From positions 32,001 through 96,000 of the IMG/VR virus record IMGVR_UViG_3300028588_000016: a stretch of DNA of 64,000 nt; one strand, 5' to 3'. The stretch comes from a virus. A program made the translations under genes and the position numbers. Numbering within the stretch: position 1 is the stretch's first letter; each line of letters opens with the position of its first letter. The notes beneath the pieces are model-generated. The model was not told the DNA's origin and did no database searches. It saw only the letters and a program-made list of their open reading frames with translations. Positions 28,601-39,300 of the stretch are shown here, piece after piece.

Positions 28601-30351
28601 ACTTGTTTATTGTAATAGTTGTAAATAATAGGAGAATATCCTGTTTTCTCTAAGTCTTGTACCCAATTACCAGAAGCATCTTTCTTCATCATGTTATAAC
28701 GTATGATGTCATTCTGACCAAGTCTGAATAAAGAGGCATCGTTACCTGCTAAGGTTTCACTAGGGCCTAATGTTTTAACAGGTTCGCCGTAATTGTTAAT
28801 ATAACGTGCATAGTTAGAACCTCCTAATGTGGCATTCTTACTAGTCGCTTCAAAGAAGTTACGCCATATTTTATTGTTAGCTGTCATTACTTGCTCTGGT
28901 GTGAATGCAGGTAATTCTGTAACTTGTTGATATATTGCTGGATCAATTACACGAGCAAAGTATGCACCGTTAAATCGTATCTCTTCTATGTTACCGTTCT
29001 CTAAATCCTTAAATCTATATATTAGTTTATCAATTATTTGATTGTTACTATCATAAATTTCTAAACGATAACCTCCATCTTCTTCTGCAACTTTTTGTGC
29101 AAAGTAAGTATTATCGTCTCCTTTAAACTTAATATCAACAGTATCTAAAATTTGAAGATTATCCCAATCACGTTTAATATTACTTAAAGCTCTTTCTGCT
29201 TCCTCAACACTTTGTTCTTCACCTTCAACTCCACTTATTCTTGCAATATAATCTTGTAAATCAGAATAGCTTTTAGGGTTGAATTGAGCTATTCTAGGTT
29301 CAGGAGTCTTTTCTACAGCACTTACATTAGGAGTAATTAGTTGAAGATTATCGTATTGATTAAGTACCTCACGTAACGTAGAACCTATTTTAACTTTTAA
29401 ACCCAATAAGTCTTTAACCCATTTGAAGATTCGAGTTAGAACACTTCCTGTATTACGCTCTCCTTGAAAAGGTATTTGATTAAGCTTATTAGCAAATGCT
29501 TTATCTGTAAGTGCATAAGCAAAGATTTCTTTCATACCGTAAGCAGCTATTTCTTCGTTTGTACCAAATTTAGCTTTCTTCTTACCCTCAATTATACTAT
29601 TGTAAACATCGGTAAAATGCTTTGAATCAGCATCTTCTGCATGCTTACGTGCATGAATTGAATCGAAAATAGGCATCAATGCATCTAGAAAACCTACTCT
29701 ATCTTTACGTGCCCATTCATCAAGTTTACGATTAACTTTATAATGTACCATTTCATGAGCTAATACTTTAGCCACTTCGTGATCATCATTAAGCACATCT
29801 AAATCTCCATCATTCTTACCTGTGTAGACTTTAATAGTATCAACAGAACCTGGTGCTCCCATTATAAAAACACCAAAAGCCGAGTCAATATCATCATCAG
29901 GATTACCTGTTGGATTATATTTCTCAGCTTGAAAATGAATTGCAGGAAGATTTAAATCCTCTCCCTCTAACAAGTTTTTCATTAAACCTGCGTACGGGTG
30001 AGTAGCCACTTCTAAATGGGCTTTAAGATCTGATAATTTAACATTACCGTCATGCTTCTTTTTATTAGTCTCTGCTTGTATTCCTACAGGCGAGTTAGTA
30101 AGTGCAGGTGGTAATTGAGTAATCTCAATAGGTTGAAATATGTTTTGAGGTTTAGTTAACTCCGCTACAGTTTCGTATAACTGGTGTGCCGGATCACTCA
30201 ATGCGTTAGTCATAACGTCTTTAATCTGGCGTTTTAAGTCTTTGTTTAACTCTTCTGGAGTTAGATTTTCGTCAACCAAGAGTTTAGGAACCGTAAATGT
30301 CTTACGGTTCCCATCTTGGTAGTACGCTATCTCGTAGTCGCAATTTTTCAT
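25594..30351 (-). CDS. Giant virion/ejection protein with two zincin metallopeptidase domains
   Basis: AHEMVH...KEIFAYALT (29743-29760) and IHELGH...EEVFV (26605-26619); 1585 aa. Confidence 0.75.
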   Translation of the reverse strand: MKNCDYEIAYYQDGNRKTFTVPKLLVDENLTPEELNKDLKRQIKDVMTNALSDPAHQLYETVAELTKPQNIFQPIEITQLPPALTNSPVGIQAETNKKKHDGNVKLSDLKAHLEVATHPYAGLMKNLLEGEDLNLPAIHFQAEKYNPTGNPDDDIDSAFGVFIMGAPGSVDTIKVYTGKNDGDLDVLNDDHEVAKVLAHEMVHYKVNRKLDEWARKDRVGFLDALMPIFDSIHARKHAEDADSKHFTDVYNSIIEGKKKAKFGTNEEIAAYGMKEIFAYALTDKAFANKLNQIPFQGERNTGSVLTRIFKWVKDLLGLKVKIGSTLREVLNQYDNLQLITPNVSAVEKTPEPRIAQFNPKSYSDLQDYIARISGVEGEEQSVEEAERALSNIKRDWDNLQILDTVDIKFKGDDNTYFAQKVAEEDGGYRLEIYDSNNQIIDKLIYRFKDLENGNIEEIRFNGAYFARVIDPAIYQQVTELPAFTPEQVMTANNKIWRNFFEATSKNATLGGSNYARYINNYGEPVKTLGPSETLAGNDASLFRLGQNDIIRYNMMKKDASGNWVQDLEKTGYSPIIYNYYNKQVGQTFFVVATQSGPRHVSKENIQGYRKFYGNIRYTAKQIPAAVKRSIMENKKNVASYFKGKNVDEKQFTKEILYKDGAKFNVFAHNEGKSFFLPRRESLLFFRDAGPNDLVQVVKYNEDPKAKKEYEYFTVLRPLGDALETLDKDNKIRIVEKRLINGMLILEENHGNVVKNFKSEFGDNNNKAVIANFANIKKTATINFENKMKLRDILKKGETVPANLTYLLFQNKQEIFNEDGDFVKTNSFTSVKELYHTELFTGDENVDYKFKKVASVNRGDIVMIESNDPAFPYGTAVVLDFDEVTGRPVVGHQIKSNKPKVTMLPGGKISHSMPSAWYKIETVPVEKILGIGHNLVDNEELGLRANKEITRKIDNAREDFIKSKSYQTFETLAAAEALKKSKNLLNYEVATQYVYPDEKISFTPPDKGVKSTKRYVLKHTKTNNLRSDYNPYNYLSKDAIAKSDTDELWNDLQVGDMMTRQYSTDNGNRYYEGIVVVKNTNSIVLEKSFLNRADQKITRSTVEIYKKKGQKTGLDSITNIGFSFKGRAKNGAKSLVDKHTTMAVKGNSVATTQVDNEAPFSKDFTSTDKKSFVKSAKASKQLLTGLASKLEGMYGIKMNLLSTEEIAEQFDLDPNATLLYSEQRAFVYGNQVFLNTDKASLAEPIHELGHIIMQGLKSSNNSLYQTIISKFAAHPQFDNIAKHYPNLDQNRQAEEVFVTTLGEMFNGRIGNELTKKWESDNRSFLGDVYNSIKNFLAELFGINNRSFFELGNYEIMNMSFEEIQNHFGKSMLTGEFIPAVEVNNIKQETLEDGTYLRAADGRKSSLYTKLLSLGFSEAEASKHWLKTKSEAFNNEAAKSYFVKAEDGEPALFLPTLEKFIYQPVSTIADNTKLVYLKGNIEKVGDSYRVISPSQVQSIHSVGSTEIEKDAVDSVTKFASRLGIQMEGTENEMYRNVPKLKELFPDLEFEVVENFGDYTINFYKAPSQDVQELKKLLMNNKNLQIKC

Positions 30352-30354
30352 TTA

Positions 30355-33300
30355 TTAGCAATCAAGTTGTTTTATTTCTATGTGTTCTAAGAAATTGTTA
30401 AGTCGATTCATTTTAATCTTGTGCTTGTTATCTATGCTTAGATTTCTAAGATTAGATCCTCCATTTGAGATATTAATAACTTTCTCACCGTATACTTGCG
30501 GTTCTAGAGGAGTATAAGTCTCACCGTCTAAATAGAATAATACTGTGTCAGATGTTTCAGTTTCAGCATTGAAAACCTTCTTACCCACAAACTTAGGGTT
30601 AATTCCGTTCTCTTTGTACTTCGGTAAAACATCAACGATTTGTACTAAACCTTTAGCGGCTAAATCTTCACTTTGATAATGTTGCTGATCTGTAAGGATT
30701 ACATCACTCCAATCTAATTCAGACTGGAACTTGTTAAACTGTGTCATTACAGAGTCGTTGTTAAAATTCTCGCTAACTGCATCAAATAGTCTATTAAACG
30801 ATTGACCGTTAGATTTGTTCTTGTTAACAATTAAGTTATACAAATATAACAAATCTAATAGAGATTTACCTCCATAACTGTAATTTTTTAATGTAGCGAA
30901 AGAACCTACTAATGTATCCATTAGAATCTTTTCATCTTCTTTAAGATTACCTGTCATGTTAATAGGCAACTTATAGAACGTGTAGTTTTTACCTAACACT
31001 CTATCTTTTCTACTATCAACTGTTAATTGCTGTAGTAAAGTGTTACCTTTTAAGAACTCATTAGGAGTTTCAATAGTATTATTGTCAGCGTCTTTTATGA
31101 TACCTGCTTTTAAATCAGGAATTACAGTTCTCTCAAACCAATCTACAAAGTTCTCACGTCCTTCAATAGATCCTAATTCAATAGTTTTATCAGCAGTTAA
31201 TGCGTCTTCATCAGTTGTATAATCACCTTTCTTAAGAGTAAATCTTAAATCAGATGCACCCAAGAAGTTAGCAATCATAACATCATCAACAAATCTAGAT
31301 AACATACCGTGTTGATTTCTATTTAAAGGTAATCCGTTAAACGCATCTTTAAAGTCACTCTCGATAGCTTTAATAGTTCTACTTTTAACTGAGAATTTAG
31401 ATTTAGTGTAATCAGTAATAACCGCTAAAGAGAACATCTTAAAGAAGTGATCGTTCTTAGCAAGTACTCCAAGTACGTTAATACCTGTGCCGTTGTAAGA
31501 CTTGATTATGTTTTCTCTAAAGTTTTGATCATTAATGAACTTATAGAAATCGTCTATATCGTTAAGTGATTCAGCATATCTAGGTTCTTTTAAATCCTCG
31601 TCTTCTACTTCGATTACCTTATCTTCCATAAAGTTTGTTATACCTCGGAAGTATCTGTAAAGATCAGCATCAGTTACTTTAATAGATTGATTAATACTTA
31701 AAAGTTTACCTAACATATCGAAGTCTTCACGAGAGTCTAGTAACTCTTTAAGTACTTCAAATACTTCATTATCAATACGCGCAGGTATTAATTTACGAGT
31801 AGCATCGTTATAACGATTATAAGCAACAGCTGCATTAATAGCTTTATCTTTCTTAGTAGCTCTAGGTGCATAATCTTGATCCATTTCACTACCTTCAATG
31901 AAGGCTTCGTCATTCATACCCATATCTTGCTCCATTTCAAAAGAAGTTTCTGATTCTTGGAAAGCTTCTGACGCTTCTTGACTCAATAAAGCAAGTTGTT
32001 CTTGTTGCATTAATAACTCTTCATCAGTTAGATTAGGAGTATTTACTACAGGTTCTACACTATAGTCACCCTCAATCTTTAAAGGGTTTTTAAAGTTAAT
32101 CTTACGATCAGTCTTCAAAAAAGCTTCAAATAGTACAAAAGGATTTTTAAACCTTTTATCTAAATAAGCTCTATTCATAGGCTTATCTTTCTTGTCTTTG
32201 AACTGAGAATATACTTGTTCCATTATCTTAGTATCAGCTTTTATCTGATCAGCAATGGCACTCATTGTAGTGAATGTAAAGTAATCTTTAGGATTTAAAG
32301 TTCCTTTCTCTAACTGTTTAACAGCAGATTTAAGACTTACTTTATGTCCTGTATATGTATTACGTGTTGCAATCTTTAAAACTGCTTCTGCTTCTGGAGA
32401 AGTCATTAACACCGCTAAAGACTCCATACTATAACCCATTTGCAAACCTGCTAAATAAACAGATGCTGTTTCAGGCCCCGCATTGATACGTGCTAAGATT
32501 AACTCTTTCGCATTATCCGTTGCAGCTGATAAGATAGCAGATAAGTCTAAGGCGATATCACCTCTGAACTTCATTTCTTCTATTGTCCTTCTACGAACAT
32601 TCTCTAGATCTTGTTCAGCTTCCGGTACTTGGAAGTACTGCATAGTTCTAGCATAGTAGTCCATGAAATCATCTATCTTATTAGTATAGTTAAGTCCTGC
32701 TACACCTACAGTAACTCTAGGATTAGAGCGTTTTATAAATCCGCCTACACTAGTAAAGTCATAAACAGTACGTTTACTGTAAAGGTCTAAACCTTTAAGA
32801 TTAACATGTGACTGTGTTAAAGCAGAGTGAGCTTTTAAATGTGTAGCCGCAATACCAATTACATCTTTACCAACCATGTTATTGTTAGTAGCTTTTGCAA
32901 TCGTTACCGGATTGTAAGGACTCATTCTTTTAAAGTCTTCACCCTTAACCGATTTTTTAGCAGCCTCATCTGCGGCACCCATTGTCATCGGAGACATCAT
33001 GTGATTGATGTTTCTAATATCGTTATTTGATTGAGTAATAGAAGAAGCTAATACGTTCAATATAGCCTGTAAAGGATAGTTATCGTTTATAGGTTTCAAG
33101 AAGTAAGTATTAATTTCATCTAATGCACGTTGAGTATCTTCATCAGATGCTCCTACGATTGCAATGTTTTTAGCTGTTTCCAACTTCTTCATTGTATCTA
33201 CGTAGTTATCAAATAACTCTGCTTTATCTTCGTAATTAAGTATATTAGCTACATCTACATCTGATAACACTACATCAGGATTTTCAGCAGCAGATACTCT

Positions 33301-36300
33301 TACTCTTACGTTCTTATCTGGAATAGGTAACTCTAATGACTTCATCAAGTGCTTTTTAGAATCGTATCTGAATTTATCAGACCAACCTATAAGTTTACCA
33401 GATTTATCTGTAGACATCATTGTAACGTAAACCTTATCAATATCAAAATCCTCTCCAGTAATCCACATGTGGAATGGAGATACGAAACCGACGTTGTGTT
33501 CACTATGTACAAAACCTACAATCTTTTGTCCCATATAAGACTGTTTTGCTTGACCTGGAATACGTGAAGCACTTACATTTAAATGGGCATCGAATGAATT
33601 ATATATCTCTTTAGCTAATTTTTCGTTACGTTCTAGTATGTTTGTATACAAGAAGTTACTCATTTCAGCCAAAGCATTTTCTACTTCGTTTTGACTTTTC
33701 TTTAAAGAGTTAGTCCACTTTCTTACGTTCTTATCAATTTCAGCTGATTTGAATATACCTGCTTGTGTTAGAACTAAATCTCTAGAAGCTGGATTTTCCT
33801 CAGTCATGTTAGCTAAAGACTCTGCATATTCAGTAACATGTTTAAGTTTATCAGTAGCTTGTATTCTCTGTTCGTTTGAAAGATCAGTTTGTTGTAATCT
33901 TAAGTTTAAGCTATTGATAGTTTTATCTACCCATGCTTGATCGTACATTGAAAGTAAAGATTCTTGTTCTAAAAGACCAATAGATCCTTTAGCTTCACTT
34001 AATCTTCTCTTAGTGTTAAGAACTTCTTTAATTTTAAGTAAAGAGTTCATAAACTTATCAGAGTCTTTGTACTTATTAAGACTCATAAACTGAACTGCTA
34101 ATTCAGCTACATTTAAACCTGCTTGAAAGTTAGGAACAATAGTATCGTAAGGTGAGTTATTACCTTTAGTGATTATCTTTAGAGCGTTTAACTCGTCTAT
34201 GTTATTTACTACAACATAGTTGTGTAATTTACCATCAACATTAGCGTGGAATAATTCCTTATATCCAATCTCATATTGAGGCTTATCATTTTGATCAAGT
34301 TTATAACTTTTAACTGAACCGTCTTCTTGTCTGATATCAACAGAATCAAGAGGTGCTTTCTTAAGATTTAAAGATTTAAAATTATCAGAACCTCTTAATA
34401 CTACATATAAATGTTCACCATCTTTAGCTTTAACAAAGAAATCATGTTGACGTGTACTAGGTAAAGTCTTATAGTTTAACCTATCTAAGAAGAACTTCTC
34501 ATTAATAGTAGCTAAGTTATCGTTAGCAGTGATACCGTATTTCTTACCAAATACAGGAGACATCATTATCTCACCTGGAACAGTAGTTAATTCATCAACT
34601 CTTACTTTAGGTTTTCTCTGGTTGTACCATTCGTAAACACTAGCTTCTGGGAAATCTCTTAAGAATAATTCATAGTCTTCGATAGCACTCCATGTTTCAC
34701 TAGGATCTGAAGGATCAATTACTATTTGGTAATTCTCTAATGCATCCATAATGTTTATAGATGTAATAGGCATAGGTGCAAGTTTCTTATTATAGATTTC
34801 TTGCATTGTCTGCGTTAACTCATTCTTTAACAAATTCTTTTGAGCTTGTGAAAACTCAAAGTCATTATCAGAATATGAGATAGAATAACCTGAATCATCT
34901 ACATTAGCAGTAACACTATACTTCTGAAAATCCATTTCTGCATCTATAGAAGATATTAAATTGTTCTGTTCTTGTAATAATCTGTTAAGATTTTCTACAG
35001 CAGTTTCAAGTTGAAGTCTTTTACTCTTACCTTGTTGTAATTCATAAGGACTTAAACCGCTATCATCAAAAGTACCTTTACTATCGAAAGCTTTTACAGC
35101 TTTATGAGCTGCTACAACTTCATCATTAATAAATGATAACTTAGCAAGAGGTAAATCGAAGTAACTAGTAAAACCAGCATTACCTTGAATCTTCCATTTA
35201 TGCAATGTAGGTTTCAAGTCTCTAGATGCGTGATTATCTTTTACAAACGTTCCTGGATTAGCTTTAAACTCATAATAAGCTTTAGGCGAATTAAGTTTAA
35301 TTCTGTTACCTTGTTCGTCTACTACAGTATCAAATATTTCAACTAAGTCTTTAGAACCCGGTGCAATTTCTGTAGCTTCAAGAGTAACTGGATCACCACC
35401 TTGAGCTATTATTTTACGCTTCCACTCAAGATATTGAGGTTCAGTCATTTGTAAAGTTTCACCACTCTCTGGATCATAAACATCTCTAATTCCAATAAAG
35501 TCTGCATAAGGAGAGATTACAATAGCATCTCCTGGCATTTTACGACGTACACCGTTTTTAGTGAAGAAGTTAGCTACAGTAGTCGCAAAAGCACCGTAAA
35601 TATTAGCATCACTAAATGATAGTTTTAATCCTGCATCACTTAAATCTTCTAACTTAACTAATGCTTCTTTATATTGTTGACTTGTAGGAGTTGTTGCTAC
35701 AAGTTGTTTTAACTCTTGTTTATAATTATCTAATTCTTTTCTAACAGATGCAATGATAGCACCGGCGGTACTAGTAATTTCTTTACCGTCAAAACCTCTA
35801 ATGATCTCATTAGCAAGTAAATTGTAAACACGCATCTTAGCCGCATTACTTACATCTGTACCGTTAAACAAACTATCAATATCTGGAATCAGAGTTGATA
35901 AACTATTATCAATATAAATGTAAATTGCTTTAAAAGCTTTGTTAGCATACTCTGGAGTATCACCATTAAAAGGTAAAGTACTTGTAGTTTGAGTTGCCTC
36001 TGTTACTTCTGTACCATCATGTTCAGCATTTAACTGAATACCTTTGTGCATATTAGAAACGAATGAACTATTTAAAGGTGCTTCATTTCCTCTACGTAAT
36101 ACATCTGTAGGATTTTCATTCTTAATACCTACCTTTTGGGCAGAAGAGAATGTGTATTCACCGATGAAAGAATACTTTAAAGGTTGAATAACTGATCTTT
36201 GTGATAGCTCATCTTTCTCTGGATTGTAGTTCTTAGTAGGTGAACTAGGTTTAGGAACATATTCATTATAAGCTTCTTTGAAAGCTCTAATCTGTCCTTT

Positions 36301-39300
36301 ACTAGAATTAGCCGGTAATATCTTAGCTATTTCTGCATCGTTATACCAAACACCTACACGGTTAACAAACTCTTTAACTGCACTCCAAGATCTGTCTGAA
36401 GGTACATAAGACCTCAAATGATCAGGTAAATCTAGAACTCCTGTATAAGCTCCTTCTTTATAGGAAACAGAATCTTTTCCACCAAGTGCTGTCCATAAAT
36501 CCCAGATACTGTTTACAGTAATTGCTTTAGGATCTAGTACTTGACCAGTAATTAAATCTTTATAGTAGAAGTTATATTCGTTATTACTTGCCCAATTAGG
36601 AGAAGGTTCTATTTTATGTACCGCTAAATAATCTCCTGTAATAGGATCTTTAAAAGCAACATCATCAAACAGTGTATTTAAATCTATAACCTCTCCGTTG
36701 AAATCTCTAGAGATATCTAATTTAACAGGTAAGTTACCAACTGTGAAAGGTAAAGAATGACCTTTCTTTAATAGATTAAAGTAACTATATTTAGAATCAG
36801 AGTTCTCGTTATTTAAACGTTCGTTCACTGTCGTGTGAGCAGCATGTTTTAATAAACCAGCACCGTTAAGTCTTTCATCAATTGTACCACCAATAGACTT
36901 TTGAGTAAGACCTGCACTCTGATCTAACAAAGATTCGTTCTGTAATTCAGTAGTCAAAGGAGATTGTAAAGTTGAACCATCACCTGATTCTACAGTAGAT
37001 TGTACACCATATAGTGCAAATACTCCTGCTTCCGTATCTTTAATATGTGATACCCTTGAAAAGAAAGGTAATCCGTTAATTTGATTTAAATTGTAAGGAT
37101 GATAAGTAGCTTGATGAATTACCATACGCTTAAACATGGCAATAGATCTAGCTGATAACATTCTAGTTTCAAAAGATGAGTCAGATTCTCCCTCTTCTCT
37201 AAATAATTTAGCTGGGTGACCTAGTGGTGAACCAACTGTCATATTTTGGAAGTCTTGAGTAACCATGTTATATTCCCAAAGATATTGTTCTAATATCGGG
37301 TTCATTTCAAAGTTACCGTTTAAATCACCTTTGTAAAGCTTCAATCTACCGTATTCATTATCAACAAATCCAGTAGTATCCCAAGTATCCATTACTCGTT
37401 TCATCAAAGAGCTTTCTGTCAAATCTTTACCTACTAAGTAGTCAAGATTGAAGTCAATACTTTCTAAGCTAGTTAAGAAATCTTTTCTAATTCTATCTAA
37501 GAAAGCTTCTCTATTGGAACCAAAGTTACGCATCATACCAGATAAAGATCTGTTTATAACAGGTTTCTTAGTCTTACCGTCTACTTCAAATGTTAAGGTT
37601 TTCATAACATCGATAGAGGCTGCGGCAAATGCTTGATTTAAAGTCTTCTCATTTAAGTCGCTTAGAATATTATTTAAAATATCTACGTCCATGTTGTCCA
37701 TAGCAGTACTTGTTAAACTAGACTCATTCAACTTAAATAACTTATTGTAGATTGCTAGTTCTTGTTTTAAAACGTCACCAATATAAACTTCTGGAATTTG
37801 ATTAATATCAACTTGTCCTTCTGTTTTAACATTAGCTAAAGCAGTTTTTAAGAGGGTTGAATTCTCAAGATATGTTCCATGCAATACACCTGCTTGAAAT
37901 AATTTATTAAAGTCAGAACGAACTGTTTTCCATAAATTAGTGTAGTAATCTAATTGAGAATCAGCAAATGCTTCACGGAAATGTTCAGCTTCGAAGTCTC
38001 TATATCTTCTAGTTTCACCTGCTAAAGTTAACTCTGTATTAGCGTTAATCTTCATAGCAGCGTGTCTACCTTTATCCGCAAAGTTTGTTACTTGAAACTT
38101 AGGATTTCTTAAAGTTTCTTCGGGGTTAACCTTTTGTTCTAAGTAATCATTAAGTATATCAAAACTAACACGCTCTACTTCTGTAAGTTTAGAAGAAGGT
38201 ATTACATTACCGTTAACATCTTTAATTGTTAAACGGATTTCTACATCTTGTACTAAGTCTGGATTTCTTAGTATAATATTGTTTCTCAAAGGCATTATGT
38301 TATTACCCGGAGCTTGATGTTTATTTTCAGCTTCAAGTAACATTCTAACTGTGTCTCTAAAACTATTGATATTATTACGCATTGAGTAAGTAGGCAAAGC
38401 ACTACCTTCTGCGTTAATAGTAGTAGCTTTAATGTTACTACCATAATACTCATTAGCAACGTCAGCGTAATTTCTTAACGCTTGGAAAGAGTGATTACCT
38501 AATTCTAAGTTAAAGTAACCTGCACCTTTATTCCAAATCTTAGTAACTGGGAATTTACTAGTTAAACCAGGAACGTCATTTAAAGCACTTTCTATTTCCT
38601 TTTGTGACATATTCTTTAAATCTCGCAAGTCGTTTACACGTACACCCGAGAAGAAAGCTAAGTTACCGCTAATAGTTAATAAGTCTTTAATGTGAGATTT
38701 ACCAAAATTATCGTGCATAATCTTAGGTATATCATAGTTCATAGAGTTTAAAGGTTCCTCTGTAATAGTAGCAGCTACTCTTAATATGTTAGCGTAATCA
38801 GAGTATTGAGCAGCTATCTCTGGAGAGTTCATATCGTAAATATCAGTAGGTGTTTCGATAGTATTAAAATCGAAATCGTTACCTTTAGCGTCAAAGAAAA
38901 CTCCTGTAAGTGGATCGTAACTCACAACCTGATTACCTATTTTAAAGTCTACATAACCACTGGATACTTTAACACCTAAAGATTTTTCCCATCTTTCTAG
39001 CAATTTATCAGTAGCTACTAAAGTCTTAGAACCTAACTGTTTAAGTCTATGAAAGTTTTTATCATTAAGCTTGTTTTGTAAAGTAGTTTGTTTAAACTCT
39101 TTACTTCCAAACTCTTGGTTAACCTCTACATAATTCATAACAATTGTCTTGTTAAGTGTAGAAGATATCACTTCTTGAACGTTAATATCGTATTTACCAG
39201 GAAAGTGACGTCTGTATACTTCATATAAAGAACGTTCTTTAATGTTCTTCATATTAGTAACTACGTTCTTTAGTTGTGGTATTTTCGCAAGTCTATTGAA

